Shown here in pieces: positions 30,503-40,806 of a stretch of 64,000 nucleotides of DNA. Source of the DNA: Gammaproteobacteria bacterium (GTDB lineage Bacteria > Pseudomonadota > Gammaproteobacteria > Magnimaribacterales > AG-339-G14); NCBI GenBank assembly GCA_003331625.1, contig QOPF01000007.1, positions 3,559 through 67,558 on the forward strand. The letters are read 5' to 3'. Position 1 is the first letter of the stretch; every line of letters begins with the position of its first letter. The notes beneath the pieces are model-generated. The model saw only the letters and a list, made by a program, of their open reading frames with translations, did not search any database and was not told the origin of the DNA. A program made the position numbers and the translations under genes.

Positions 30503-31243
30503 ATGAATTCAATTTCAGCTAACGAAATTAAAACTATCAAGTTAAGTATTTATAGGTTCGATCCTTTAAAAGATAAAAAACCTTTCATGCAAGATTTCGA
30601 TATTGACGTACCTGCTGATAAGGATCTTATGGTTCTAGATGTCTTAATGACAGCAAAAGAACAAGATCCATCTATTTCTTTTAGAAGATCTTGTAGAGAA
30701 GGCGTTTGCGGTTCTGATGGTATGAATATAAATGGTAAAAATGGCTTAGGTTGTATTACTCCTCTTTCGGATGTTATTAAATCAAATAAGCTTTCATTAA
30801 GACCTCTTCCAGGACTCCCTGTGATTAAAGATCTCATAGTAGATATGAAACAGTTTGTTGATCAATACAAAAAGATTAAGCCTTACTTAATTACTGATAA
30901 GAAAGTTGATACCCGAGAAGCAATTCCGCAAACAATAGAAGAAAGAGAAAAAATAGATGGTCTTTATGAATGCATAATGTGCGGCTGCTGTTCTACAGCC
31001 TGCCCATCATTCTGGTGGAATCCTGATAAGTTTTTGGGTCCTGCAGCTCTTTTGCAAGCTTACAGATTTATTGCTGATAGCAGAGACACTGCGACTGAAG
31101 AAAGATTAGAACAACTTGAAGACGCTTTTAGTGTTTTCAGATGCCATGGAATAATGAATTGTGTTTCAGTCTGTCCAAAAGGATTGAATCCAACTAAAGC
31201 TATTGGCGAAATAAAAAAAATGTTGGTTAAAAGAGCTTTATAA
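30503..31243 (+). CDS. sdhB: Succinate dehydrogenase iron-sulfur subunit
   Basis: Three Cys clusters: CREGVCGSDGMNING, CIMCGCCSTACP, CHGIMNCVSVCPK. Confidence 0.97.
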   Translation: MNSISANEIKTIKLSIYRFDPLKDKKPFMQDFDIDVPADKDLMVLDVLMTAKEQDPSISFRRSCREGVCGSDGMNINGKNGLGCITPLSDVIKSNKLSLRPLPGLPVIKDLIVDMKQFVDQYKKIKPYLITDKKVDTREAIPQTIEEREKIDGLYECIMCGCCSTACPSFWWNPDKFLGPAALLQAYRFIADSRDTATEERLEQLEDAFSVFRCHGIMNCVSVCPKGLNPTKAIGEIKKMLVKRAL

Positions 31244-31253
31244 TAAAAGCACT

Positions 31254-32411
31254 TTGAATTTACACGAATATCAATCAAAACAACTCTTAGAAAATTATGG
31301 TTTGCCAACAGCTAAATCCGTAGTTGCCTTTTCACTAGAAGAAGTCACTAATCTTGTTAAAGATCTTAATGGGTCAGAATTTGTTGCCAAGGTTCAAGTT
31401 CATGCTGGCGGCAGAGGAAAACTAGGCGGAGTTAAGATAACTAAGGATATTAATGAAATTAAGAAGTTCGCCCAAGATTGGCTTGGAAAGAAATTTGTTA
31501 ACCATCAAACCGGCGAAGAAGGAAAACCAGTCTCGGCAATTATGATCGCTGAGAGTACAAATATTAAAACTGAATTCTACCTTGGCGCAGTAATAGACAG
31601 AAGTTCTCAATCTTTGGTGGTTATGGCTTCACCTGAAGGTGGAATGGATATCGAGAAAGTAGCCGAAGAAAGTCCTGATAAAATTTTTAAGATTAATATC
31701 AAAAATGAACAAAAAGAAGAATTCGATATCAATCCTCTTGTAAATGGACTTGGCTTGTCTTCTAATCAGACGTTAGAATTTAAAAAAATAGTTGATGGAT
31801 TAGTTAATTTATTTTTTCAAAAAGATCTTTCATTGATAGAAATAAACCCTCTTGTTATTGATCAAAATGACTCCCTAAAATGCTTAGATGCAAAAATAAA
31901 TATCGATGAAAATGCTCTGTTTAGACAAGAAGATCTGTTAAAACTTAGAGATTATTCACAAGAAAATCAAAAAGAAATTGAAGCTGCTAAGTGGGATCTA
32001 AACTATGTTGCTTTAGATGGAAACATAGGGTGTATGGTAAATGGCGCTGGCCTGGCTATGGCTACAATGGATATTATAAAACTTTCTGGAGGATTCCCAG
32101 CTAATTTTTTAGACGTTGGAGGTACAGTAGATAAAGAAAGGGTAGCAGAGGCTTTTAAAATTATTCTATCTGATGAAAATGTAAAATCAGTTTTAATAAA
32201 CATCTTCGGTGGAATCGTAAGATGTGATGTCGTTGCTTCAGGAATTGTTTCAGCAGTCTCGGAAGTGGGAGTAGATATTCCTGTTATTGTTAGACTTAAA
32301 GGAAATAATTCAGAAGAGGCAAAACAAATTCTTGCTGAAAGCGATTTAAATATTATTTCCGCAGATGATTTATCAAGCGCTGCAGAATTAGCTGTCAAAA
32401 ATTCAAAATGA
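31254..32411 (+). CDS. sucC: Succinyl-CoA synthetase beta subunit
   Basis: [13 protein letters not shown]-terminus. The TTG start sits at the position homologous to E. coli Met1. ATP-grasp domain and GGIVRCD. Confidence 0.96.
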   Translation: MNLHEYQSKQLLENYGLPTAKSVVAFSLEEVTNLVKDLNGSEFVAKVQVHAGGRGKLGGVKITKDINEIKKFAQDWLGKKFVNHQTGEEGKPVSAIMIAESTNIKTEFYLGAVIDRSSQSLVVMASPEGGMDIEKVAEESPDKIFKINIKNEQKEEFDINPLVNGLGLSSNQTLEFKKIVDGLVNLFFQKDLSLIEINPLVIDQNDSLKCLDAKINIDENALFRQEDLLKLRDYSQENQKEIEAAKWDLNYVALDGNIGCMVNGAGLAMATMDIIKLSGGFPANFLDVGGTVDKERVAEAFKIILSDENVKSVLINIFGGIVRCDVVASGIVSAVSEVGVDIPVIVRLKGNNSEEAKQILAESDLNIISADDLSSAAELAVKNSK

Positions 32412-33280
32412 GTATCCTAATTGACAAAAACACCAATGTAATTTGTCAGGGATTTACTGGCTCACAAGGGACACTGCATTGTAGTCAGGCTATAGATTAC
32501 GGAACTAACATTTTAGGAGGAGTTACTCCCGGAAAAGGGGGGCAAACACATCTAGACTTACCGGTATTCAACTCTGTCCAAGACGCAAAAATAGCGACCG
32601 ATGCAAATGCAAGTATAATTTTCGTTCCGGCAAAATTTTGTAAGCCTTCAATAATGGAAGCTATAAAAAGCGGAATTGAATTAATTATTTGTATTACAGA
32701 AGGTATCCCAACTCTTGATATGCTGGAGATAAGAGAATTAGCAGATAGAGAGGGCGTTAGAATTATCGGTCCTAATTGTCCTGGAGTAATTACTCCAGGT
32801 GAATGCAAATTAGGAATTATGCCTGGTTTCATACATAGTCCCGGCAAGGTAGGAATTGTATCTAGGTCTGGAACTTTAACTTACGAAGCTGTTGATCAAA
32901 CAACTAAAGTTGGCTTGGGACAATCGACTTGTGTAGGTATTGGCGGAGATCCTCTTCCTGGAACAAGCTTCATAGATGTTTTAGAACTATTTGAAGAGGA
33001 TTCTCAAACAGAGGGAATTGTTATGGTGGGAGAAATTGGAGGCTCTGCTGAAGAGGAAGCTGCTGAATATATAAAGCATAATGTTTCCAAGCCTGTTGTA
33101 GGTTATATTGCAGGAGTAAGTGCTCCTCCAGGAAAAAGAATGGGCCATGCTGGCGCAATAATTTCAGGTGGAAAAGGAACAGCAGAAGATAAATTTAGTG
33201 CTCTTGAGAATGCTGGAGTTAGGACTGTAAAAAGCCCATCCGAAATTGGAAAAACTATTTTAGAAGAAATATCCTCTTAA
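32408..33280 (+). CDS. sucD: Succinyl-CoA synthetase alpha subunit
   Basis: [20 protein letters not shown], and the [14 protein letters not shown] phosphohistidine loop. Confidence 0.97.
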   Translation: MSILIDKNTNVICQGFTGSQGTLHCSQAIDYGTNILGGVTPGKGGQTHLDLPVFNSVQDAKIATDANASIIFVPAKFCKPSIMEAIKSGIELIICITEGIPTLDMLEIRELADREGVRIIGPNCPGVITPGECKLGIMPGFIHSPGKVGIVSRSGTLTYEAVDQTTKVGLGQSTCVGIGGDPLPGTSFIDVLELFEEDSQTEGIVMVGEIGGSAEEEAAEYIKHNVSKPVVGYIAGVSAPPGKRMGHAGAIISGGKGTAEDKFSALENAGVRTVKSPSEIGKTILEEISS

Positions 33281-33316
33281 AATTATCCATCCCTTTTGTA
33301 ATTATTATCCTGTTCT

Positions 33317-34939
33317 TTAGTTAGCAAATCCACTTAAGTTATTTTTAGATAAATAGCCAAAAGCGTAAGACAATAACCTTAATCTATTTGATTCTGATTT
33401 TATATTTTGAGAAGGCAGTGAAGAGACTATCTTTCCATAAGAGTTTTTAATCATGATTTCTTTTTCAGATAAATTAAAAATACAACAGAGTTCTTTTTTG
33501 TTTCCTCTAAAGAAAATTAATACTTTCTCGTTTCTTGAAAACGTAATCTCTTCATAAAAATATGGAATTTTTTTTCTCTGAAAGATAAATTTTTTATAAA
33601 AATGATAGATTGAGTTTCTATTTTCTAATTGCATTTTTGCAGAATTCATTAATTGTTCTTTTTTTATTGGAAGCCAAGGTTTACTCTTTGAAAAACCAGC
33701 AAATTTCTTATTTTCGTCCCAAGTTAATGGAGTTCTGCAGCCATCTCTACCGAAGTCCATAGGCCAAAACTTTTTCCCTGGAGGATCTGTAATTTCATGA
33801 AATTCTATCTTAGTTTGTGTTTGACCAAGCTCCTCTCCTTGATAAATACAAGGCGTTCCTTTTAAAGACATGAGTAGTGCACAAGTTAATCTTGCAAATT
33901 TTTTATTATTTTTTTTTAATTTATTCCATCTAGATAAATGTCTTTTCACATCATGATTAGAAAAACTCCAAGTTGGCCACCCGCCATTAGTTTCTTTATA
34001 AAATTTAGAAACAGTATTTTTAATATGGTTTGGAGAAAATTCTTCCCTAAGAAGATCAAAACTGTAAGCCATATGTAATTTGTCATTGTTTGATGTGTAT
34101 TTAGCTTGCAATTCGACATTAGAAATTTCACCGATCATTACTGTTTCGTTATACTTATTTGTTAACTTTCTAAGTTCTTTCAGAAAATCAAAGTTTTCTT
34201 TTTGATTGATTGAATGTTTTAAATTTTGATAATAATAGGGGTTTATCTTAGAAAACGTTGATTGCAGCGGCGGATTATTTCTAAGTTTCTTATCATGAAA
34301 ATAATAGTTTGCGGTATCTAGTCTAAAACCATCGACTCCCTTTTCTAACCAAAATTTTACAGTCGAAAGTAACCATTTTTGGACAGCTTTATTGTGAAAA
34401 TTAAAGTCCGGTTGAGACTTTAAAAAATTATGTAAATAATATTGTTTTCTTGTAGTGTCCCATTCCCATGCTGAGCCGCCAAAAACCGAAAGCCAATTGT
34501 TTGGAGGAGAACCGTCCGGTTTAGCGTTTGCCCAAACATACCAATCAGATTTTGAGTTATTTTTACTAGATTTACTCAGCTTAAAAAAAGGATGGGCATC
34601 AGAGCTATGCGATAAGACTTGATCGATAATTATCTTAATTTCATTCTTCTTTGCTTTTTTAATTAGTCTTTCAAAATCCTGAATAGTTCCAAATAGAGGA
34701 TCTATGGAAGTGTAATCGGAGACATCATATCCCATATCTTTCATAGGAGAGGTAAAGATGGGAGACAGCCATAGAGCATCAATTCCTAAATCTGCAAGAT
34801 AGGTTATTTTTTTTGTTATCCCATTTATGTCTCCAATACCATTTCCTGAAGTATCGAGAAAAGAACGAGGATAGACTTGATAAATAATTCCTTTTTTCCA
34901 CCAAGGAATTTCTTTTATTTTTTTTAAATCTTTAGTCAC
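33317..34939 (-). CDS. GH13 alpha-glucosidase (oligo-1,6-glucosidase / AglA-like)
   Basis: WWKKGIIYQVYPRSF, GIDALWLSPIF, DQVLSHSS, GVDGFRLDTANYY (nucleophile Asp), MIGEIS, FSNHD. Confidence 0.88.
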   Translation of the reverse strand: MTKDLKKIKEIPWWKKGIIYQVYPRSFLDTSGNGIGDINGITKKITYLADLGIDALWLSPIFTSPMKDMGYDVSDYTSIDPLFGTIQDFERLIKKAKKNEIKIIIDQVLSHSSDAHPFFKLSKSSKNNSKSDWYVWANAKPDGSPPNNWLSVFGGSAWEWDTTRKQYYLHNFLKSQPDFNFHNKAVQKWLLSTVKFWLEKGVDGFRLDTANYYFHDKKLRNNPPLQSTFSKINPYYYQNLKHSINQKENFDFLKELRKLTNKYNETVMIGEISNVELQAKYTSNNDKLHMAYSFDLLREEFSPNHIKNTVSKFYKETNGGWPTWSFSNHDVKRHLSRWNKLKKNNKKFARLTCALLMSLKGTPCIYQGEELGQTQTKIEFHEITDPPGKKFWPMDFGRDGCRTPLTWDENKKFAGFSKSKPWLPIKKEQLMNSAKMQLENRNSIYHFYKKFIFQRKKIPYFYEEITFSRNEKVLIFFRGNKKELCCIFNLSEKEIMIKNSYGKIVSSLPSQNIKSESNRLRLLSYAFGYLSKNNLSGFAN

Positions 34940-35960
34940 TAACCTTTATAAGCTGTTTACCAAAATTTTTTCCACTCAATACATCTCTTAAGCCCTGCGG
35001 GGCACTTTCTATATTCTTAAGAACAGTTTCTTTATATTTAATTTTACCTTGACGCATCCATTCAGTTAATTCCTGCGTAGCTCTATCCCAATCGTTAATA
35101 AATTCAGTTACCACAAAAAATCTATGTTCCGGAACTGGATTTAGTGCGCCAAAAATATCAAATGGAGTTTCAGGTAGTTTTGAACTGTCTGAATTGAAAG
35201 AATTATATGCAGAAATAAATCCACAAATTGGAACTCTTGCACCAGGATTTAGAAGTTCAGCAACTGCTTTAGAAACCTCGCCTCCCACATTTTCAAAGTA
35301 AATGTCTACACCATTCGAACAAGCTTTAGTTAAGTCTTCTTTAAATGTCTTTGATTTGTAATCAATGGCGTAATCAAGCCCCATCACGTCCTTTACAAAA
35401 TCACATTTTTTCTTACCACCAGCTATGCCTATTGTTTTACAACCAATAGCTTTTGCCATTTGACCAACTACTGAGCCAACAGCTCCAGAAGCAGCTGACA
35501 CAACCACAGTATCTGTTTCTTTGACCTTTCCAACTTCTTTTAAACCAAAGTAAGCTGTCCTTCCAGGCATTCCAGCAGGTCCCAAGAAAGCTTGAATTGG
35601 CGCTAAGTCTGGAAATATACGCATTAAAGCGGGGTTTTCGGCATTACACCTTATGTAAGATTGCCATCCTAAATGAGCTGCAACGTAGTCACCAATTTGA
35701 AATTTATCTGATCTTGATTGAATAACTTGCCCAACACTTTCTCCAGTCATTACCTCGCCTAAGGCAACAGGATCTGTATAGGATTTCATATCATTCATCC
35801 GGCCTCTCATATAAGGATCTATGGAAAGCCACATCACTTTTATTAAGATTTGATTATCTTCCAGCTCTTTTATTGGCGATTCTTCCAGTTTCCAGCAGCT
35901 GTCATCAGGCATGCCTTTAGGTCTTTTTTTTAATAACCACTTTTTGTTAATCTTTTCCAT
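34932..35960 (-). CDS. NADP-dependent alkenal/one oxidoreductase (MDR family, YncB/CurA-like)
   Basis: SIDPYMRGRM and AASGAVGSVVGQMAK Rossmann motifs. Confidence 0.85.
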   Translation of the reverse strand: MEKINKKWLLKKRPKGMPDDSCWKLEESPIKELEDNQILIKVMWLSIDPYMRGRMNDMKSYTDPVALGEVMTGESVGQVIQSRSDKFQIGDYVAAHLGWQSYIRCNAENPALMRIFPDLAPIQAFLGPAGMPGRTAYFGLKEVGKVKETDTVVVSAASGAVGSVVGQMAKAIGCKTIGIAGGKKKCDFVKDVMGLDYAIDYKSKTFKEDLTKACSNGVDIYFENVGGEVSKAVAELLNPGARVPICGFISAYNSFNSDSSKLPETPFDIFGALNPVPEHRFFVVTEFINDWDRATQELTEWMRQGKIKYKETVLKNIESAPQGLRDVLSGKNFGKQLIKVSD

Positions 35961-35966
35961 AATAAT

Positions 35967-36188
35967 CTATACTCCTTTTTGTACCTCAAATGATATTACA
36001 CCTTCCTTATCTTCAAAAGATAACAAAGTATGATTCAAAAAATCACAGAATTTTTCAACGTCTTTAATTGCAGTTGGATCCGTAGCTATTAGTTTTATGA
36101 CGTCTCCTTCGTTAGCTTCATGTATAGATTGATGCAAAAGCATTATAGGTTCAGGACATTTCAAACCCTTAGCATCAATTTCAATCAT
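35967..36188 (-). CDS. TusA-like sulfurtransferase
   Basis: 73 aa with the DAKGLKCPEPIM CPxP active-site motif. Confidence 0.85.
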   Translation of the reverse strand: MIEIDAKGLKCPEPIMLLHQSIHEANEGDVIKLIATDPTAIKDVEKFCDFLNHTLLSFEDKEGVISFEVQKGV

Positions 36189-37598
36189 CTATGTTCTTAA
36201 AGTAAAATTATCTCTTCCTACGCCAGTAGTATAATTTACACGAGCTATTACAAAAGCAGCAGAAATAAATAACCCTAAGGTTAAACCTATCCACATACCT
36301 ACTGCACCCATAGGTTCCGTGAAGAAATTAGTCATAGCCAGAGAATACCCAATTGGCATTCCAATAATCCAGTAGGCAAAAAACATAAAAAAGAATAATA
36401 TTTGAGTGTCTTTATAACCTCTTAAAGCTCCAACACCAGCAAAATTTAATCCATCAGCAATCTGAAAAATAGCAGCAATTACCAATAAAGAAGAGGCTAA
36501 CAAGACTATTTCATTATTTGGATTAAAAAAACCGGCTAGAAAATATCCAAATTCTATTAATATAAAGGTATTTATAATTGCTAAAAATAAAGCAAAAAAC
36601 ATGGCAAAGAATGAAGAATACCTCGCTTCATCTAGAGAACCTGAGCCTACTAGATTTCCCACTCTAACATTTGCAGCCAAGCCAATTGATAAAGGTAGCA
36701 TGAAAGTCAAAGTAGTAACTTGCATGGCTATTGCATGTGAAGAAATTATATTTTCTCCAAGACTACTTAAAATTAACCCAGCACCGCTAAAGACAGCAAT
36801 CTCGATAAATAATGTTCCTCCAATGGGCAGGCCCAACTTTATTATTTCAAATATTTTTACAAAATCTGGAGCTTCAAAACTCTCAAAAAATTTGATGCGT
36901 TTAAAATAATCAGAAAAATATATATAGGCTAGAATGATTAAAAGTGACGACCAAGAAGAAACTATAAAAGCTATTCCGCAACCTTTTCCTCCAAGCTCAG
37001 GAAATCCAAATTTACCAAATATTAGAACGTAGTTTACAAAAGCATTTATAACTACCATTACAATATTGATATAAGTAATTGGCAAGGGACGCTTCATCCC
37101 TTCACACATAGATCGCAATGGTTGAAATAAAAACATGGCAGGAGCTCCAATCATCAGTCCAAAGAGATATTGCTGTGTAATATTTTTTACTTCATTTGGC
37201 GTCCCCAAGATATCTAATAATGTATCCGCATTTAAAATATAAATTACAAATAAAATTATCATAGGTATTGATAACCAATAAGATTGTTTTACTAAAGGAC
37301 CAATTAATTCAATTTTTTTTGCTCCATAAAACTGGGCAACAAAAGAAGTCACGATAAACAAAACTCCTGCTATTCCAAAATATGCAGGCCAAAAAAGCAT
37401 ATTTCCTATAGCCACCGCCGCTTGATCCAAAGTACTGTAATTGCCAGTCATCAAAGCTGCAATTACTCCAGTTGCATGAGCAGCTAATTGAGTTAGAAGC
37501 ATTGGGATAGCTAAATTAAAATATTCTCTTATTTCAATTTTTGCCGATCCTTTAAAGGAAACATTATCTTCGTTTAAAGAGCTAAAAGTATCTTTCAT
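36189..37598 (-). CDS. MATE-family multidrug/Na+ efflux transporter (NorM-like)
   Basis: 12-TM protein of 469 aa with typical MATE segments (AIPMLLTQLAAHATGVIAALMTG, ALRGYKDT). Confidence 0.88.
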   Translation of the reverse strand: MKDTFSSLNEDNVSFKGSAKIEIREYFNLAIPMLLTQLAAHATGVIAALMTGNYSTLDQAAVAIGNMLFWPAYFGIAGVLFIVTSFVAQFYGAKKIELIGPLVKQSYWLSIPMIILFVIYILNADTLLDILGTPNEVKNITQQYLFGLMIGAPAMFLFQPLRSMCEGMKRPLPITYINIVMVVINAFVNYVLIFGKFGFPELGGKGCGIAFIVSSWSSLLIILAYIYFSDYFKRIKFFESFEAPDFVKIFEIIKLGLPIGGTLFIEIAVFSGAGLILSSLGENIISSHAIAMQVTTLTFMLPLSIGLAANVRVGNLVGSGSLDEARYSSFFAMFFALFLAIINTFILIEFGYFLAGFFNPNNEIVLLASSLLVIAAIFQIADGLNFAGVGALRGYKDTQILFFFMFFAYWIIGMPIGYSLAMTNFFTEPMGAVGMWIGLTLGLFISAAFVIARVNYTTGVGRDNFTLRT

Positions 37599-37616
37599 AG
37601 AATCGAGGTATCATAC

Positions 37617-38369
37617 ATGATAAGGAAAAATAGGCAGGAGTTAAACATTAGAAAAGATAATAGACCCTTCTGGTTGAAAAGAATTCATTGGTGGTTTGAC
37701 CAAAAGTACATTAAAAAAATAATAACTCCTCAATTTGAATTTTTAGGCGCAAGTCCACTAATCTTAGGAGTAAAGTATCTCAATGTTTCAGGAAAAAATA
37801 TTTCTGTAGGAGACTTTTCTACTTTTATTACTTCTCCTGATGCCCACGTTCATATTACTACTTGGAATGCTGATAAGCATGATGGAAAAATTGAAGTAGG
37901 TAATTTTTGTTTATTTAGTCCAGGCGTAAGAATATCTGCTGCAACTTCTATTAAAATTGGCAATTCCTGCATGTTCGCTAATGGAGCCTATGTATCCGAT
38001 TCAGATTGGCATGGGATTTATGATAGAGCGCTTCCTGTAGGAAAATCATCGGAAGTAATTCTTGAGGATAATGTTTGGATAGGCGACAGCGCTATTGTAA
38101 ATAAGGGAGTTAAGATTGGAAAAAACAGTATTGTTGGAGCAGGCTCTGTTGTGGTAAAAGATGTCCCTGAAAATGTTATTGTTGCAGGAAATCCTGCAAA
38201 AGTTGTTAAAGAATTGGATCAAAATGAAAAAATTATTTCTAGAGCAGATATGTTCTCATCTCCAAAAGAACTAGATGATCTTTATCTTGAAATTGATAGG
38301 ATTAGCCTGAAAGAAAATACTTTTTTTGGATGGATTAAAAGTAAGTTGCTACCTAATAAAAAAAATTGA
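37617..38369 (+). CDS. Left-handed beta-helix (hexapeptide-repeat) acyltransferase
   Basis: Hexapeptide repeats VWIGDSAIVNKGVKIGKNSIVGAGSVVVKDVPENVIVAGNPAKVV. Confidence 0.8.
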   Translation: MIRKNRQELNIRKDNRPFWLKRIHWWFDQKYIKKIITPQFEFLGASPLILGVKYLNVSGKNISVGDFSTFITSPDAHVHITTWNADKHDGKIEVGNFCLFSPGVRISAATSIKIGNSCMFANGAYVSDSDWHGIYDRALPVGKSSEVILEDNVWIGDSAIVNKGVKIGKNSIVGAGSVVVKDVPENVIVAGNPAKVVKELDQNEKIISRADMFSSPKELDDLYLEIDRISLKENTFFGWIKSKLLPNKKN

Positions 38370-39472
38370 TGAACATATTGGTTGATAAAGACTTGAAAGA
38401 GTTGATTGAAGTCTTTACAAATTATGAAAAATTTAAAGTCGATATTCTCACATCAGAAGAAATTTGTAATAAAGCCATTAAAAACTGCGAGGCAATTTTT
38501 TTAAGATCCACTACCAAAATAGATAAAAAGCTTATTGCTAATAGCTCAGTCAAGTTTATTTCTTCGCTTACCTCAGGAGAGGATCACATTAACTTTCAAG
38601 ACATCGAAAATTCAAATATTTACCTTTCAACTGGAAGAGGCGGCAATGCTTTTGCAGTAGTTGAATACTTTTTAAGTGTTCTATCGATATTAATAATGGG
38701 TAATAAAATTACTCCTTTCAAATCAAAAATTGGAATTATTGGTTACGGAAATATTGGAAAAAAAATAAAATTTATTTTAGATAAAATTAAATACCCAAAT
38801 TTTGTTTACGATCCTTATGAAATTGAAGCAAAAAATAGCTTAGATGATGTTCTGTCCTGCGAGGTAATTTCGTTACATTGTTCTTATTCTAAAGAAGGAA
38901 AGTTTCCATCCCATCACTTACTGGACGATGCAGTTCTAAAAAAAATAAAAGATGATCAGTATGTAATAAATACTTCTAGAGGAGAGGTTTTAAGTGATGC
39001 TTTTTATAGAGCAAAAGAAGAACAAAACAATTTCATTTTTGATGTCTGGCCAAGCGAGTCTTCTATAGATTTTACAAAATTCACAAAGCCTTTTTTAGCA
39101 ACCCCTCACATTGCAGGCAAAACAATTGATGCTGAAAAAAAACTAACTAGAAAAGCTTTAGGCGATTTTAATAGCTTTTTTAATGAATCTATTGAAATAA
39201 ATGATCCACAAAATGATATTAATTTTTTCGTAGATAATTCAATTGATAAAGAAATTAAAACTTTTGGAATTCCTCTTTCCTTAATCCTAAAAATTTATGA
39301 TGTGAATAGAGATCATATGTCATTTGAAAGATTTTTCGAAACTTCTCAAAAAGTTTCATTTCAACAGTTTAGAACTACTCTCAAAAGATTTGGATTTAGT
39401 TCTCATAAAATACTTGGAGACTTAAATGATGAGAGCAAGTCTATTTTGGAACTCTTTGGTTTTAGACTTTAA
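38369..39472 (+). CDS. pdxB: Erythronate-4-phosphate dehydrogenase
   Basis: MNILVD N-terminus, GIIGYGNIGKK NAD fold, TPHIAGKT, and a C-terminal dimerisation segment IYDVNRD (E. coli has VYDVRRD). The ATG overlaps the upstream TGA. Confidence 0.88.
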   Translation: MNILVDKDLKELIEVFTNYEKFKVDILTSEEICNKAIKNCEAIFLRSTTKIDKKLIANSSVKFISSLTSGEDHINFQDIENSNIYLSTGRGGNAFAVVEYFLSVLSILIMGNKITPFKSKIGIIGYGNIGKKIKFILDKIKYPNFVYDPYEIEAKNSLDDVLSCEVISLHCSYSKEGKFPSHHLLDDAVLKKIKDDQYVINTSRGEVLSDAFYRAKEEQNNFIFDVWPSESSIDFTKFTKPFLATPHIAGKTIDAEKKLTRKALGDFNSFFNESIEINDPQNDINFFVDNSIDKEIKTFGIPLSLILKIYDVNRDHMSFERFFETSQKVSFQQFRTTLKRFGFSSHKILGDLNDESKSILELFGFRL

Positions 39473-39506
39473 GATTCAATAAAATACTCTTGTATAATAG
39501 ATAGCT

Positions 39507-40418
39507 ATGATAAGTCCAAACACTCTTCTTTCTGAGAAAGAGATTATAGAATTAAAACAATCTAGTGATTGGAAAAATTACTTAGCAATTTTTAACATAT
39601 GGTTTCAAATTGCATTGGGATTTTTAATATATGCTTTGTGGTCGAATATTTTTACTTTATTAATATCTCTACTCATCATTGGAACAAGGCAGTTTGCCTT
39701 AGTTATTTTGATGCATGACGGCGCCCATAATTTAATTTCAAAAAATAAAAAGATAAATAATTTTATCTCTCAATGGCTTTGCGCATATCCAATGATGACA
39801 GAAACAAACACTTATAGAACCTATCATCTTAAACATCACAAGCATACTGAAACGAACCTAGATCCCGATAAAAACCTAACTATTCCATTTCCGGTTTCTA
39901 AAACTAGTTTAGCTCGAAAAATTTTTCGAGATCTCTCGGGAATTGCCGGGTTGAGAAGGTATGCTGGTTACTTTACTTCCGCTTGGGGAAACAGCTCAGG
40001 GAGTTTTTTTTCCCACTTAAACCATTTTTTTTCAAAGCTCTATGGTTTTTTTATTTGCCATATCATTATTTTTTCTACTTTATTTTTTTTAAATTTACCC
40101 TGGCTATATCTTCTCTTATGGTGGCTTCCAAAACTAACTATTTTCAGCTTATTTTACAGATTAAGAAATATAGCAGAACATGCTTGCACATCTGGCGGAG
40201 ATGATTTTTCTCATACTCGCACAACCTTGTCACCAAAACTAATAAGGTATTTTATTGCACCCTTGAATGTAAATTATCATTTAGAACATCATTTGTTTAT
40301 GTTTTGTCCTTGGTACAATTTACCCAAAGCGCACATGATGCTTAGAAAAAAAGATTTTTATAAAGAATTAGAGATTGAGGATGGATACTTTAATGTTTTT
40401 AAAAAGGTAATTGTTTAA
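39507..40418 (+). CDS. Membrane fatty-acid desaturase family protein
   Basis: Three His boxes: HDGAHN, HLKHHKH, HLEHHLF. Multiple TM segments. Confidence 0.82.
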   Translation: MISPNTLLSEKEIIELKQSSDWKNYLAIFNIWFQIALGFLIYALWSNIFTLLISLLIIGTRQFALVILMHDGAHNLISKNKKINNFISQWLCAYPMMTETNTYRTYHLKHHKHTETNLDPDKNLTIPFPVSKTSLARKIFRDLSGIAGLRRYAGYFTSAWGNSSGSFFSHLNHFFSKLYGFFICHIIIFSTLFFLNLPWLYLLLWWLPKLTIFSLFYRLRNIAEHACTSGGDDFSHTRTTLSPKLIRYFIAPLNVNYHLEHHLFMFCPWYNLPKAHMMLRKKDFYKELEIEDGYFNVFKKVIV

Positions 40419-40420
40419 AT

Positions 40421-40804
40421 ATGAATAACGAAGATCTTAAAAATAAAATATCTGAAGCTTCCTATGTTGTAACTCAACAACATGGAACCGAGGCACCTTT
40501 TTCAGGGGAACTCTTAGATATAAAAGAAGATGGAATATTCATTTGCATATGTTGTGGCAACGAATTGTTTTCTTCAGAAACAAAATATGACTCTGGTACA
40601 GGATGGCCAAGTTTTTGGGATGCCATAGGTTCTTCTGCAGTAGGTCTCAAGATAGATACTAGTCATGGGATGAGCCGAACAGAAGTTCATTGTCAAAAAT
40701 GCAATGCGCATTTGGGACATGTTTTTCCTGATGGACCCAAGCCTACTGGAAAAAGATACTGTATGAACTCTGTTGCAATGTCCTTTAAAAAATCTAATAC
40801 ATAA
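40421..40804 (+). CDS. msrB: Peptide-methionine (R)-S-oxide reductase
   Basis: CICCGNELF and CQKCNAHLGHVF zinc Cys pairs. RYCMNS catalytic Cys. Confidence 0.95.
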   Translation: MNNEDLKNKISEASYVVTQQHGTEAPFSGELLDIKEDGIFICICCGNELFSSETKYDSGTGWPSFWDAIGSSAVGLKIDTSHGMSRTEVHCQKCNAHLGHVFPDGPKPTGKRYCMNSVAMSFKKSNT

Positions 40805-40806
40805 TT

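Noticed and set aside
33317-34939. The alpha-glucosidase gene considered as horizontally acquired cargo of a genomic island.
   Set aside because: There are no flanking direct repeats, tRNA, integrase or obvious compositional break visible by eye. The gene overlaps its upstream neighbour by 8 nt, like native operon genes.
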